Assembly: GCF_964204645.1 (NCBI RefSeq) | Contig: NC_134028.1 | Span: 9,548,001-9,612,000 of the forward strand | Reading direction: 5' to 3' | Length of the DNA: 64,000 nt | Origin: Tubulanus polymorphus | Taxonomy: Eukaryota > Animalia > Nemertea | Shown here: positions 50,080 to 64,000 of the stretch, in pieces | Position numbering within the stretch: position 1 is the first letter of the stretch | Layout: each line of letters begins with the position of its first letter | Made by a program: the position numbers and the translations under genes | The notes under the pieces: model-generated | The model's database searches: none | What the model saw: the letters and a program-made list of their open reading frames with translations, nothing else | Told to the model about the DNA's origin: nothing

Positions 50080-53050
50080 AACTGATTTCTATCGTTCCAG
50101 GTTAAACCACCAGGCTGTATACAGATATCCATATCTTTTATGGCCTACAACACGATATCAGGCTGATAAACGCCTTGCTTAGAGTCTAGTCATTTCGGCT
50201 CATAATTCATGCACATTGGCGATCAGGTTTTACCGTGCAGTGTAACTGGTCTAGTTTCAATATCGTATTCAAAGTAATGGGAATGTTATCATTTTGGGAA
50301 TGTTATCATTACCGCGGCACCAACTGATGTAAAACTAACCGCTGTAGATTTAGGACCTAAAATGAGCGATGACGGGTCATGAGGAAACCAAAATTTGTAA
50401 TAGGCCGCGATAGGCCCTGATTGTCTCAAAACGAATACTGCTGAAAAGCAGCAAAACGGGTTTTCTGTTTACGGGAGCTCCTCCTCGCATTTGAATTGAA
50501 AGATTCAGACCTGATAGGATGACTTTCGTGCAATCAATAAGATCGAGAGTACCTTCATCACAAGGGACATATCTTAACTGCGAGGCTGTGTGTATATAGG
50601 TATTTGGCTTTCTTTGATGATGTTTTTGATTTCGCAAAAATGAATCTCACGCTAACAAGAATAATCAGGTGCCCAATTCTGAATATCTTTTGATACATTT
50701 ACGAAAGGTCTCGATTGGACATTCGTGAAATACACGTAGGCTTCATTTAAGGCGTTTCTTTGGCAAGTTTTGTCTACCATTGTTATTCGATGCATTGGAT
50801 TTTCTGATGCGTTGTCCAATGACCCGATGTATCCCCCGTGAGAAACCCCGTTAAACAACAAATAATGGATGGTATCCACATTTCCGTGTGATGACATCGG
50901 AATGAAGTTTTCCATTCTAAAAGTGGAAGTTTATTGTTCTGTTGATTTTGTGTATGATAACCTATTCATAGATATTTCGGTGTATTTTCCTCATCACGAT
51001 AAATTGATTTCATTATTTCTTGAAATATATTTAGCGATTTTAGGTGTCAATTAAGTGCGATTCCGGGGTCCCGTTGGACGATGATTTGCTCCTTGAATCT
51101 TAAATTTTTGTTTTTGAAAAATACGTAATAAATAATCTATATCCATGATTCAGTAATACCAATGTAAGTACTGGGGTTGCTGGAGTGACCGAAATATGCT
51201 TTTGGGGATCTGCTCGAAAACAGGAATTCCAAAGTACTGTATATTATATGTATGGATATTTCTCTTCACCATGCCCACTTTGATGAAATTCTTTGCAATC
51301 CGACAATCTCAATATTCACCATCCCATGGAAACATGAATGTGCTCGAAACTTACCACAATCATAGAACTTGCCATGAGCTACAATTTTGCAATTGATTGC
51401 GATTGCAACATACGCACCGATAAAGATGAAAAAATGAATATGTATATAATTTGATATTCAACTCTCCTTTTTGGAGAGAACAAAAATACTGGTTCACCCC
51501 AATTCCATGTACTGAGATGAATCTATGACAATGTTAACAATTAAAAAATGCCAAGACTAATTACGTAAAAATTGACTGATTGAAAATATGTTCTGACACG
51601 TTTTAGATCCCTGAAAGCAAATGTACAAAAAGTACAATTTGACGAAAACAATGGCAGATTTGTCTAGGGTTGAAGCATGTCTAAAACGAGTAAATTATCA
51701 AGACAGCCCGTTGAAGGGTGTCAAAGACTTCCCAAATTAACTCGATTCGGTCTGCGGACGGACGAAAAGTGAAAGCAATAGCTTGTTGGGACTTAAAAGT
51801 CGCGAGAGGCTAAAATCATGGAACCTAAATTCTGGTCGTGGACTACTATTTATTTCCGAATGAATGCATGACGTGATGTTAGCTATGGTATATTACACAA
51901 TGCCGTTGCTGCTTTTGGTAAACCGATATATTGCTCTTACGAAGTTGTTCGTGAAATATCCGATCAAAGAACTGTGTGGAGGTGTGGTTCCCAGATGAAC
52001 CACCCGAAGATCCGGTTACTGAATATCATTCGTATGAAATTTGACTGCATGGTCTCGGATGGATCAGTTGTTTTGATGGAAATTTTTTACTTTCCCTGCC
52101 TGGTTGTATAGACTTGGATGGATCAGTTGTTTTGATGGAGTGATGAACCATGTCGAGTATGTAGCTAGCGCGCACTAGAGGTCTAATCAATATCTCTGAA
52201 TACTAGTAAATTATACATCGAATCAGGGTGTATTTTACTCGTGTTGGTCGCCTAGCTATGAAAAGACTTAAATGAGGAGAGATCACATGATCATGCGTGG
52301 TTCGACAAGAATGAGACATTTTTCAATTTGCAGCGCAGCGATCTCTGTCAGAATTCTTGTGCAGAGAATAATTAAACTGCAGCTCAGTTTTCATAAAATA
52401 ACACGTTGAGATTTGAATATTTTATGACGTATCACGAACTAAAATCTCGTTTAGTTCAGTTTAAACTAGAATTTACTGCATCAGATCTCGTTAGCGATGA
52501 AACACGTGATAAATCGTTATTCAAGCTTTGCATGTCTGGAGATGCAATCATGTTTTTTTTTTTTTAGGCGACCGGGGTTCTACCAGATATTTAGCCCTAC
52601 TCAAAATCTACCTGAGATTCTGGCATAGTTGCAGTTAATGTCAGGGTCTCCGAAACTAATGTTGATTCGTACTTTAAAATTTCCTTCGAATTAGCATTTC
52701 TGAACAAACATTTTTCGTAGACTTTGCGGATCAGACCCCGCGTCTGACTGTTTGGAATCGGATGATTTAGTCTAACTAGACTGAGGAATCAGCCACGGCG
52801 ATTGAACTGATTTATTCAAATTATCTAGATTCGTGGCATTGAATTGCCTCACTATATCAAACATCAAAAATTCAAAGGGCCATTCGGTCAAATCATAAAT
52901 ATCGAAAATATACGTCACAGATCGTGTGGGGAATTTACTAATATTATTCAAAATCACTTAGCGGACCATGTGTAGAATCCGGTTAAAGTTCCATGAGGAC
53001 GAATCAAATATAAATAACCACCCATACTACAGACTATATCCACAGTTGAC

Positions 53051-53236
53051 TGGGGCGGGCGCAGGAAAACCCTGTTAGCCTAAACGCGGCTAGTGGCTTA
53101 TCCTCGGTTAGGCTAACCGGATTGAAATAAGAGGCCAAACGAAGGCAATGGTTATCTAACAGCGTTTTCCTGCACCCATTAATGCCACAGTTCACTGGGC
53201 ACGGTTAGCACTAACAGGGTTTCCTGCACCCGCCAC
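53051..53236. mobile_element. Short MITE with a duplicated right arm
   Basis: ggcgggcgcaggaaaaccctgttag mirrors ctaacagcgttttcctgcaccc (53156) and ctaacagggtttcctgcacccgcc (53211). Confidence 0.55.
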
Positions 53237-53254
53237 GTGTTGACTGGATGCCTG

Positions 53255-53516
53255 GACGATGGTAGTGATTACGGATTTGGTGGTGATGGTGATTCTGGAG
53301 GTGATAGTGATGCCGGAGAAGGTGCGGATGGTGGAGACGGTAGTGATGATGGTAGTTATGCTGGAAGTGGTGCTGGAGGTGTTGGCGATGGTGGAGATGG
53401 GATGATGGTAATGTCATCCAGTCGAACAGTTATCCAGTCGTCCTGTAGTCCAATAATCCGGTCGTTCAGTCGACCAGTCATCCGATCATCCAGTTGACCA
53501 GTCGCCCAGTCGTCCG
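53255..53516. repeat. Degenerate (GGT/GAT)n trinucleotide tract followed by (CCAGTCGT)-like 8-mer repeats
   Basis: Low-complexity periodicity is directly visible. Confidence 0.75.
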
Positions 53517-56500
53517 GTATACCATGTCACCTGTGTACAGTCGGTGGGTCTTCGAATCACGTCTAATTGAAGAACCAAATCACTAACGTATGGAATATGT
53601 TGATACCCTTGCGCGATTACCCCGTATTCCACACGTGTGGGACATCGTGAGCTTCGCTACTATCGCTTAGCAGCTTCATCAGGTTAATGAGTGACTCAAT
53701 TGAGAAACAACATGAGTTATAGTGAGTGACGCTACGAATACTGAGTAAGAGGGTAACGAATAAATTATGGGCGACTAGATAATCAATTATGAGTGACTGG
53801 ATGAATAATTACAGTACGATAGTTGTCATATACAATAATTGGCATATAAATGATACGTAAGTGAGGCTACTAAGTTTAAGCTTTAGTATAATCTAGAGTT
53901 AAACAAAACCGATATTGAAATATAAACTGGTAATCTTTTATACTAAAGAAGTCAACTCAGCGCTGGAGTTGATGCAACCGTCATGTCTGACTCATTTCAA
54001 ATTGAAGGTAATTCCATTCGTACTGAAACAGTAAATCGACTGCTCGTATGATAAAAGAAAGGAAACCGTGTCGCAATGTTTATGGAAGCAAACCCATAAA
54101 ACAGTATAGAATCTATTATGAAAGATTCAAAGCGCCTGGTAGTACATCGTTTCTATGCATAATATCTATTGTTAAAGTTGGATACGGCGCTTCTAGTTTG
54201 TATTATGTTTACGATAAACCAACGGGGAAACGTACGGGATGCGACGGCCAATATTGAGTGTATCTCATGGGATCGCGGTTGTTTAAACCTACGAGCAATT
54301 TTCAAACCGAGCAGTGTTGGCAGTTTGTGTTTACTGCGAAAATATCACAGACAAGATACGCATACACGGCTAATCAACCAAAAACTCGATTCTGTCAAGA
54401 TTATACACGATTAGTAGTAGATGGATTTTTCAGACACGAGTTAAAAATCTTCCGATACATATCCGCAACACGTCCTTGGAATTATAGGCTCATCATGTTT
54501 ACAGTGACTGACAGGCTTGACCATTGGAGAGTCACAATTAATATCACAGGTCCAGATTCCCTGGACAAAAATCGTAGAAAAAAAGCCCTCGTTAAACGTA
54601 GTCCGTGCGGAAGATCTATATGCGGGAAAAATAATTGTTGTTTTTTTAGGAGGAATTACCGGTTAGCCAACTCCGCCACCTGGCGAGTCGGCTGACTGAA
54701 AGAGGTGTCTATTTCCCTATGATCAATCCTATTTAAGATCTTTCGATGGGATTACAACAACTTAAGGAAATATCGAGTTATATGAATCTTAATCTTGTTT
54801 GACAAATTATTTGAAAGCAAATCAACTTCGATGAGCACTTGGTTGTTAGAAGCAGAAAGTCAAGAATGCGACATCTAGCGGGTAGCACGTTTGAAGCTTC
54901 GTATGGCGATGCAATGCTCTGACCTAATTGGGCGCAATTTTCGTACCGTTTGAAAAACTTGGCCCAGGTCGTGGCCAATAATTGGGACCAATATGTTCAA
55001 CGAAATCAAAATACGTGTACGTATATTAAATCTAGCCGTTTTGCTCTAACTGGACAATTTATTGAATCGAATAAATTGGAAGACAGAAAATGTAACTTGA
55101 GTCTTTCCAAAAAAGTAGTTGCAAAATTCATCAAGGAGATTCATTGCCTTTCCTAGTTGACCGGTAACGTAGTAAGGTGTTTCTGATGGGTGAGCGGAGA
55201 GTATTGATAGAATGAACAAATACAATGGTACAACTCGCTGCAGATTGACTTTGTACGAAAGAGAAGCCGTTAGATATAATTATTTTGCTATTTTATAGGA
55301 AATCAACAACTGCCCAACGTGTCAAATGACTGTGTGCACAGACGGATATGGCGTAAGCTACATAGGCTGTGGATTATACTAGAGTAGAGACCCCGCTGAG
55401 GCGGGATCCACAACTTTACCTTGTGTTCGCACTTTTGCCACGCAAAGACTTTAAAAACATGATATTGCTGTTACACTTAATAACGAATTTTGTACCATCC
55501 GACTTGGTCCATCTCGACCAACTCGGATATTTCCACTTTCTTAAACAATCTCATTGAGCAGGTTAACTTGTCTTAACTAAATCTATCAAGTTCGAAGTGC
55601 ATGCGTTTATTGAAGGCTATCTTTGTATAAGCATAGAATTAGTGTAGTTCATCACCTTGGAAACCAATTTACTGAAAACTGCATCCGTTTCCATGGAAAC
55701 TGATATTGTTTTTGAAGGCCCAATTAAACGTTCTAATAGCGCCATGTTTGTTTTTGTAGTATCTGATGAACGGAACATATTTGCTAGAATACTTTTAATA
55801 GGCTTACTGTGGTAGTGCCCGATTAAAACATGGTTATCTATGGGCCTATTATCACCTGAAAGCCAAAGATCCAACAGCAGCCCTGCGCTTAAGTGGCGGT
55901 ATCATGTCGATGTAAAACGGTCTAGCGAATAGATCCGCGCTGCTTCTTATTTGACGACGAACGTGCTCGTCAAAATTCGATTGGATCCGAATCAATAAAA
56001 TACATTATAAAACTGTCCATATCCGAGCAAATGACTACAGAACTGGATCGCATTCAAATTCTCTCTGCCTTAAAGCTGCCAACATTTTATGCATCATATG
56101 AGCCGTACCAAATTAATAGGCTTATAGTGCAGTGCAAGTCCAGTATAAACCGTTAGTACGACCAGTAATGAGTTTCTGTTGTATATATGATAAATCAACA
56201 CTAAACAGCGACGGTTTAAGAGGATCAGTAAAATTATCTCCTTATTCTGCAAACACGGCTTTTAACCTCGAATCATTGAAATGCAGTGAGGCAACTACCA
56301 CGCTTCTATCTCAAACCTGGAATTTGGACAGCATTCAAAATAAGGCCGATCGTCTTATTCATGAAATCTTTCGGAACGTCAGTGTTTTTGAGATTGGCAG
56401 AAATACTTTGAGAACAAAATTCACCTTTATCCCGAAGAAAATGAAACAAGAGTCACACGAATAGCTAATGAATAAGATAATCTAATAGTCTTTTCAGTAA

Positions 56501-56629
56501 ATTAGTTAATTAACTCGACGCCACACACTATTGCATACGAACCGTTATGCGAATACCAAGTGGACTTCTGCACGGATTAATAGATAGATTAATAGATATA
56601 TTATCTTATTGTCCTCAAAAACATTTGCA

Positions 56630-57050
56630 TTGAACGGTTTGTAAACTACAGTTGGATATATGGGACAATGGGAGATTAACAATGTCAATGACCCATTTGA
56701 CAAGGTTGGTGCTAACGCCATCAAGACCCGAGCTCACTTTGGAGCGAAAACCCAATACAATATCACTAATTTCCTTAGGTGAAGTAGGAAAAAAGAAAAA
56801 ATTATCGTTTACATGATTTGTTAAATACAGAAGATAATCCTCACTAGTGCCAGGAATTTGACTTGCTAGACTTTCACCAATACTTATAAAATATTCATTG
56901 AACTTATCTGCTATGTTTTTGCTACCAATAATGGTCTGGTTGTTAGAAATAAAAAGGTCAGGTAATTTTGAGGACGAATTCCTCCCTAATACATCGTCAA
57001 CTAATTTCCACGTATCTTTCATACTATTACCAGCGGTAATACGGTCATTA
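56630..57050 (-). mobile_element. Internal fragment of a CR1/L2-group LINE ORF2 (endonuclease-RT linker)
   Basis: KDTWKLV...IADKFNEYFISIGESLA...SSGLDGVS...PLSHISNCSL. Confidence 0.8.
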
Positions 57051-58129
57051 TTATCAGATATTTTTGGAAACTACCTACCATTATAATCTTGAAGATATAA
57101 AGGAGTTATTCATATAAGTTAGAACGATAAATGATGCCAATAAAACGAGAAAATAACAGAATTATGACTGTAAAACGGTAGATGTTGAGATTGTATCACG
57201 AAGCTGTGGCAAGCGAGTATACGTGTTGCGTAGATTCTCATGTGATGGATCAGACTTCTCAGATAAAATCGTCAAAAAGAGTTGCGAAACCAATTCAAAA
57301 TATAGTTTTGATCATCTCAAAAAAAAATAAAACACTTGGAACCTTCTACCATTTGGAGTTTGCAAGAGTAGAGATATATGTTTAAAGGTAGTTCTAGCAT
57401 GAATACAAAAGTCTTCCACATTTCAATGCATTTTGCCTTTGAGGTATACCCCAACACTAGCGCCACTAACGGCGGTGGATAACATTAAAATCATCTGAAT
57501 AGAAATATTGTTAAATTGTGGTTGAACCCAAGGCGCTATCGGTAATATCGGTAATACTTCGACAGTGATGTCGTCACATGTTCGACAGACGTCGGACTGA
57601 TAATGAAAAACATGGATCTTTTGAAAATTCAAGAAATTTATTTATTATGAGGTAGAAATGGCATTAAGTGCCAATCCTGTTTTTAGAATACATTAAAATC
57701 CTTGTGGATATGTCTGTTTTTCCATATTCTACGGGGTGGCTTCTGCAAGAAGCTTCTGTGGTTTTGTGGAAACCCAACGTATATATGCCCTATATTCCTG
57801 ACGTCTGAACAATAGAAAAATGAAGGATACGTCACTGCAGGATACATACATGATTATAATACATACGTACATGTTATATATAATGGTGATGATATTTGCC
57901 CGAGGATAGCCGTTCTCGAGACTGTTCTAATAGTTTACTGGTTTGCACGCTAGCTGTTGTACGTACGGGACCGGTTTTAGATCCCCAATGAGTGTACTGT
58001 AAACCCTAAATCGTTACAGTACCGTTATGAATAAACTTGGTGCATCGATAAAATGATATGGAGACTCGAATGCTAGATATAGTAAAATTTTGCGTGAGCA
58101 ATTGGTGCCAGTATAATGCCCAATGCCAG

Positions 58130-58575
58130 TCGCGGATGAGTGCCTGGATGTACATCATCGAATATGGCCGCTACGTCCAAATTTTGTTCCTGGGTCAGCC
58201 GCTAATCATGTTGAATTATATTGTATGCTACAGGATCTTCAAATTTCATAGCACGAATGTCGTGGATTAGTTCAATTTTGGATGGTGTCATCCAAGATGG
58301 CCGCCATGGGCGCAAGAATCATGCAGACATGTTTCATTTCTGGATCATTCTACGTAGGAGCTTAACATTTCAAAGTGCTTTATTATCATGGGTGAGTTGG
58401 ATTTTGGATGATAAAGGGGTAAGATGGCTGCCATAGGTGCAATCCATTAAGACATTTTTCGTTTCCCGGATGATGATCTTAGTGGATGTAGTATAGTATT
58501 TAGATTATAGGCTATTGATGCGAGTGGATTCGATTTTGATAATATAGGTCACTCAAGATGGCTGCCACAGCCATT
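58130..58575. repeat. Degenerate ~130-bp tandem array with a CAAGATGGC(C/T)GCC core
   Basis: The core recurs near 58162, 58293, 58421 and 58554, and the later copies are preceded by an attttgga/attttgat motif. Confidence 0.6.
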
Positions 58576-59854
58576 TATTAATGTGCGAAATCAGCATTTA
58601 AGTCTTAATATAGCATTTCCAGACATGGTTAGTTGATATTGTAGCGCGTTACTAAACAGTCGGGTGAGTTAGATTTCAGAGGCATTCGCATGTTTCAGCA
58701 TCTGCGTGAAGCAAATTCGATCGACAATGATGACAATATATCAAGTCGATACATAAATGAAAATAAGAATAGGATAGTTAAATTCTAAACGTAATTTGTG
58801 AAGCCTTTCGGCTGTTTCTAAACAGCCATCTTCCTTTTTCTAAGAAAGTCTATATTTTCAAATCTACTTTACACATACCGGTGCTAAATCTAAATTTAAT
58901 ACGATGCAAAATCAAATTGAAAAATATATTTTGTATGCACTCAGACATACCACACCGACCGATGTTGAAGCCAATGAGAATGAAGGGTTCGATTGTTAGA
59001 TACATACTGAGGTTTAATCATTATTTCACGAAAATCTACTCGGAAAGCCTTCATCGTTGCAAATATCTGCTTTGTGTTGACTGGGGTACATCCATGCCAC
59101 TAATGATTTAGAGTAATGGTCTATCCCAGTCACTCGTGCTGAATATAAATGGTTCATATGTACGGATTTATCTAATGAAATTCGTGCAGGTTCCGCCGTT
59201 TATACATATATACATGTATATACATGTTTTCCGAACACCGGCTTTTCAGCACTGTATTTTCGCCGAAACCCACTGAAGGACACTGGACGTCATCAGCAAC
59301 ACACATGTTATTGCAAATGAGGCCACCTGCTGTCACAGATGTGAGGGGCCAAAAAGACTCTTCTAGATGTTTTTTTTTTTTACTTCGACCTCTACTTGTA
59401 TTGAAATAAAACCGCGCAGCATTTGACGGAAGATGCCCTAGCCTGCTCAGTCGGGTAATATAAAATTCATAGGTTTGCAATCATAGATGGCACCACCAGC
59501 TGGCTTTTAACACTAGCTTAGTAGGGCACAGGTGTAGCTAAATTATTCTTGTAGTAAAATTTGGCGAATAGCGTTTTCCCGTTGGTACCGTTTTTGCTAT
59601 CACAAGTAGATTACCGATCGATATATGTAATTTGTGGCGTTTTTCAGAACGGAAAACTGTGCGGTTTGCTCAAACTGGCGCCGGGGCCACAACGCGAGCA
59701 AAAGGCCGAGCGTCACCCTATTCTGGCATTCAGAGCACGTACCGGCAATCAACATTGAATCGTCGTATCCAGTAATAAAATCATCTAAGTTTACGGCGAA
59801 GTGCGCAATCCATCTACGTGGACACGGTAGCTGACGAGAACCAAACTTGTAACA

Positions 59855-59903
<49 letters not shown>

Positions 59904-60223
59904 ACACCACACCACACCACACCACACCACACCACACCACACCACACCACACCACACCACACCACACCACACCACACCACACCACACCACACCACACCAC
60001 ACCACACCACACCACACCACACCACACCACACCACACCACACCACACCACACCACACCACACCACACCACACCACACCACACCACACCACACCACACCAC
60101 ACCACACCACACCACACCACACCACACCACACCACACCACACCACACCACACCACACCACACCACACCACACCACACCACACCACACCACACACCACACC
60201 ACACACACACACACACACACACA
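59855..60223. repeat. Compound microsatellite (TA)n(CA)n(CCACA)~58(CA)n
   Basis: A perfect pentanucleotide array is directly visible, flanked by CA repeats. Confidence 0.98.
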
Positions 60224-62458
60224 AGATGCATATATTCATAGCTAAAAATCGATCCCGATACGGTGTTTCTCCTTTACAACAGCGCCCAGGATAGAAATGC
60301 AGATAAAAAGGGAGTTACAGTTTGTTTTGTTCTTTTCGTAGGTAAATCAATAGAGTACAGATAATGTCACGTAGGCCTATATAATAACATTATTGATACG
60401 TGGGCTAGTACATATTAAAAGCGAAGCTCCAGCACGTATCGGGTGTTGGTCAATAATCTGTACCAAAGAGTTACCAATACATGACATTACATATACAATG
60501 AGATACCTCGTGGATTATGGACTTCATCAACGCTAACCTCAGTTTGTCATGTTACTCAGAACATCCCAGATTTATCGTGGCGTTTTAGCCGCTGGCAAGT
60601 AGTGTTCGAATAATCGAGGGAATCCAAAGAATTATGTGCTGTCCAAGTTGTAATTACACCTCAACCCTTATGGCGTGGAATCGGCAAATTGCCTGAACTT
60701 TCTGGATACTTTTCTTAATTTGCCAATTTAGACCAGAATATACATGCACATGGTTATGGCATGACGGTGCAGTCATAGGGTCTACCTCTGGATATTCTTC
60801 CAAAACCTAGACACACAGATATCCAGAGACACTCTTTTTGCATCATTTTGACGTCACAGTTGTTTTTTGGTTTAATTCTTCCGAGATTGGTATGCGATGG
60901 ACAGCTAGGTCAGTGAATGATCTGTCTTTTTCATCCTAATAACCCTTCTCTCTTTCTCAAAAAAACCGAATGAATAAGACGCCGATGCAGTTCAGCCATT
61001 AATCATCCGGCGTGGATGTCCTTACAACAAACGAACCCGAAAATCTAATAAACCATATCCGAGTAAGTCTAGCATTCACTCAGTCTCGACGCGGTTGTCG
61101 TTCACAGAACAATTTAATCATCATTAAGGTTATGAATCGATTGGATGTCAATTGAACCTCATCGTCAGTGAATAACAGGACTAAAAACACAGCTATTTAC
61201 TCGTTTTGATGCGCCCAACTATCTATAGAAAACGTCTTGTGTACGGATTTATTTTTCATACTGCATACAGATGAAATGATTACGGAATACTTCAACCCAT
61301 GAAAGAGGATTTGAATGCTTTGTGCTGAGAACCGTATGGTGGCTGGTGCCTAAAATATGACATTCGATATCCACCTTTTTACATACATAACATGAAAACG
61401 CTACGTCAAAACCAGCTTTTCGTTTTAACGGGGTATATTTTCGTTTTAACGCCGCGTTAAGGTAACTACAGTAGACACCGCCCGAGTCGGATACGATCAA
61501 CTCGGATAACCGCATGGATATTTTTTGAAATATTTCTGGTGACATTATACATACATGACACAAAAATACATTAAGAGGATATATGTATTTACATCCAACT
61601 CCAATATCACACAAGTCGGACACATTTTACGGCTCCGAAAGATCCAACTTGAGCGGAGTCTACTGTATGATTTGACCCAAAAAAAAAGATTATTTTTTCT
61701 ACTAATTCGGGCCGAATCTGCCGCTAAAGAACTGAGTGCACATAATTTGATTGCAGACTCATACGTAGTCTTTCACACAGAGAGTATCCATGGTAATTCA
61801 TTTGGTTATATGGCCACCGTATAGCCGTCGTGTGAATTATCTGTTCTTTCTTTAAAAAAGAAAAATCTATATTCCTTTCTTTTCACTGGAACTAATGGTG
61901 TCAGTTATATTGTTGCGAGGGACTAAACAACATAACTGTTTCCTTTATTCGACGTTCTTCGTCTAGCAATAAACTGCCTAGCATTACTGTTTAGGACAAT
62001 AAATCAATACTCGCGCTCTTATCATTCGTGAGAAATACAGATGTCTTGAAATTTTGAAGGAAAAAAAATGGCGCATGCACTCTTTGTTGAAATTTCGCTT
62101 GTCTGATCGAATTATGACGGATTCAAATTGTTTCCTTTTAGGAGTATCACCCAAACGTCAATGTAGTTACATCAAATACTTCTCATCATTCGACACGGCT
62201 GGACTGGAACATACCGAAACCATCCTATGTAAGTACATCTGCCAATTAACATCAATTAGACGGACTAGAAGGTATGAAATCCTCCTGTTAAAATCTCACA
62301 AATTTTTAAGTTTGAAAATTGACTTTTTGATAGTAAAATATCAAACTTGAATGATGGTTGCTCAAAAGATAGTTGGAGTAAACCTGTGGATGGTTGATGT
62401 ATAGTGTCGATTTAAAATTCATTCTTAACATGGTTATCTTAAACTGACTTTTGTTTAA

Positions 62459-62762
62459 GTGATCTAGTTCCACAATTGTGAGTTTGATATTTGACTCAGA
62501 ATTAATTCGTTGACATGAACTAATCTATAACTCGGAATTCTACCTCAGACTGTGGAACTGGATCCAGTTGTTTAATTATTCCGCTTAAGAAACCCCTATC
62601 TATTTTGATGTGACCACTCTCAATCAGCCAGGGGTCAGTTGCTCGAAAGTTGGTTAGAATAAACTAGTGGATAGTTGATATTAGTGACAATTGAAAGTTC
62701 GTTGTAACTGCGGAATTCAACCAACGGTTATCTTTAACCCACGTTTGAGCCACTGGCCCCAG
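62459..62762. mobile_element. Two adjacent short Harbinger-like MITEs (62459-62567 and 62629-62762)
   Basis: gatctagttccaca mirrors tgtggaactggatc. cag-gggtcagttgctcgaa mirrors tttgagccactggccc-cag, with a CAG duplication. Confidence 0.6.
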
Positions 62763-64000
62763 TAGTTCTTAGATTCTACAAACCGAGTTAAATGATCGAA
62801 TTCAATCATCGTAATCGACGAACCTAGTACCCCTAAATATTGCCCCTAAAGTAATTATTCCTGTTATGCCATCAGCGATATTGTACATGAAGGAAGAGCT
62901 GCCATCGTAAAGCTAACGTGAAGATATTAATACATTTTTGTTACATTGCGATGTGTAATTCAACTTCGGGGCATTTGGAGTGCGGGTATAATACCTGCTG
63001 CGAATGTAAATCGGGATGCAAATTCCAATCCTTGAAAGTAATGCATAATTTAGGTTGCTCGTTGACTGGACTATCAACCACTCAACCAATCAGCGAGATT
63101 AGTGCAATAACATTGACCACGACCTGTTTACAACGAATTATAGCACAATGCACAGCTGAAACTGAAGTGTTAATCGATGATTAGAAACTTAATCAAATAA
63201 AAAGTGATCAAAAATCAGTTGATTTATGGTATAGGGTCTCGTTCTGAATCGCGGTTATTCATTGATGCTCCTCGTCTAAATATTCAACTCGAATCTCTAT
63301 TGATGCATGAAAATCCGTCCAGCGATTGGTCGAAGCATCGCAAATATCACCATCGCATTGAATAATTACGACAAATGGACAATTGATATGTTGTATATTA
63401 TTTTCTAACACTCATGAAACGTTTTTGCACGACGGCAGTACTATCAGATACTATGAAGCAAAGTCCACCCGTCATTGCTCGTCGACCAGTCAATGCACAA
63501 CGTCACGAGTCAATAGTCGAACGTGTCATACTCGTCAGCCAGAGTTACCGAGTCGATATTCAATGTATTATTGCCGTCAATGAGCCACTACGAGGGCGGC
63601 GGATTCTGTCCTAATCTCGAAAAAAATGGTGAACGTTGGACAATTCTTGTCGAATAAAAATGTGCTGAGAAGTCAAATACACTCAGTTGATCCTAGCGGA
63701 CCCATGGTCCTTTATTAAAAAAACGTCGTCGAACTCGCTCGTAGTTTCGTTGTTTGAGATGCCACTGGTTTCTTTTCAATAACACCTCATAATCTGTTTG
63801 GACCCAGGCGTTCTTACAATGAACCAACATCAGTCAGTATTCAGGAGTCATCGGTGTCAATACATTGATCAACGTACAACACACGCACTCAATTAGTCTA
63901 AGACTATTGTCAATCTATACCGTAAATATCCGCGCGTATTAATGCATTTTGTGATTGCCCGTCACGTTATTATCACGTAACCTTTTCTTATAGGCAAGAC

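Noticed and set aside
53211-53497. His-rich and Gly/Asp-rich ORFs
   Set aside because: They come from a degenerate GGT/GAT trinucleotide tract, with no convincing splice sites or domain.
58803-58835. Fourth hammerhead-like motif (gaaga-tggctgtttagaaacagcc-gaaa, minus)
   Set aside because: The CTGA core and stem I are missing, so it is too degenerate to call.
59600-60294. ORFs of CGVVW / TPHHT repeats
   Set aside because: They are translations of the (CCACA)n microsatellite, which is open in most frames.
34600-64000. Numerous 60-150 aa ORFs as candidate genes or CACNG exon 2
   Set aside because: They have no recognisable motifs, many use non-ATG starts, and their lengths are compatible with chance in intronic DNA.

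Overview
AT-rich animal (probably invertebrate) genomic DNA, dominated by transposable elements. Positions 5.8-23.4 kb hold three divergent, decayed APE-type LINEs, all on the minus strand. Each ORF2 has endonuclease, RT and a C-terminal CCHC finger, and two copies retain an L1-like ORF1. They are interrupted or flanked by a Gypsy integrase fragment, an SGNH-esterase fragment, a Penelope GIY-YIG fragment and Helentron-type non-autonomous elements. The one clear protein-coding host gene is the first coding exon of a stargazin/CACNG (claudin-superfamily) gene at 34.3-34.6 kb on +. The rest of the window is probably its first intron, carrying a tRNA-Leu(AAG), several MITEs, Penelope-type minimal hammerhead motifs and microsatellites. 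A possible small secreted-peptide gene lies at 3.7-5.5 kb on -. The strongest findings are (1) two unrelated-looking LINEs both join ORF1 to an AUG-less ORF2 in frame through a single TAG in the same context, TAG-GAW-CC, suggesting stop-codon readthrough, and (2) a MITE with a 9-bp target duplication whose two TIRs each carry an outward-facing Pol III B-box inside a hairpin. All calls were made by eye, without database searches.
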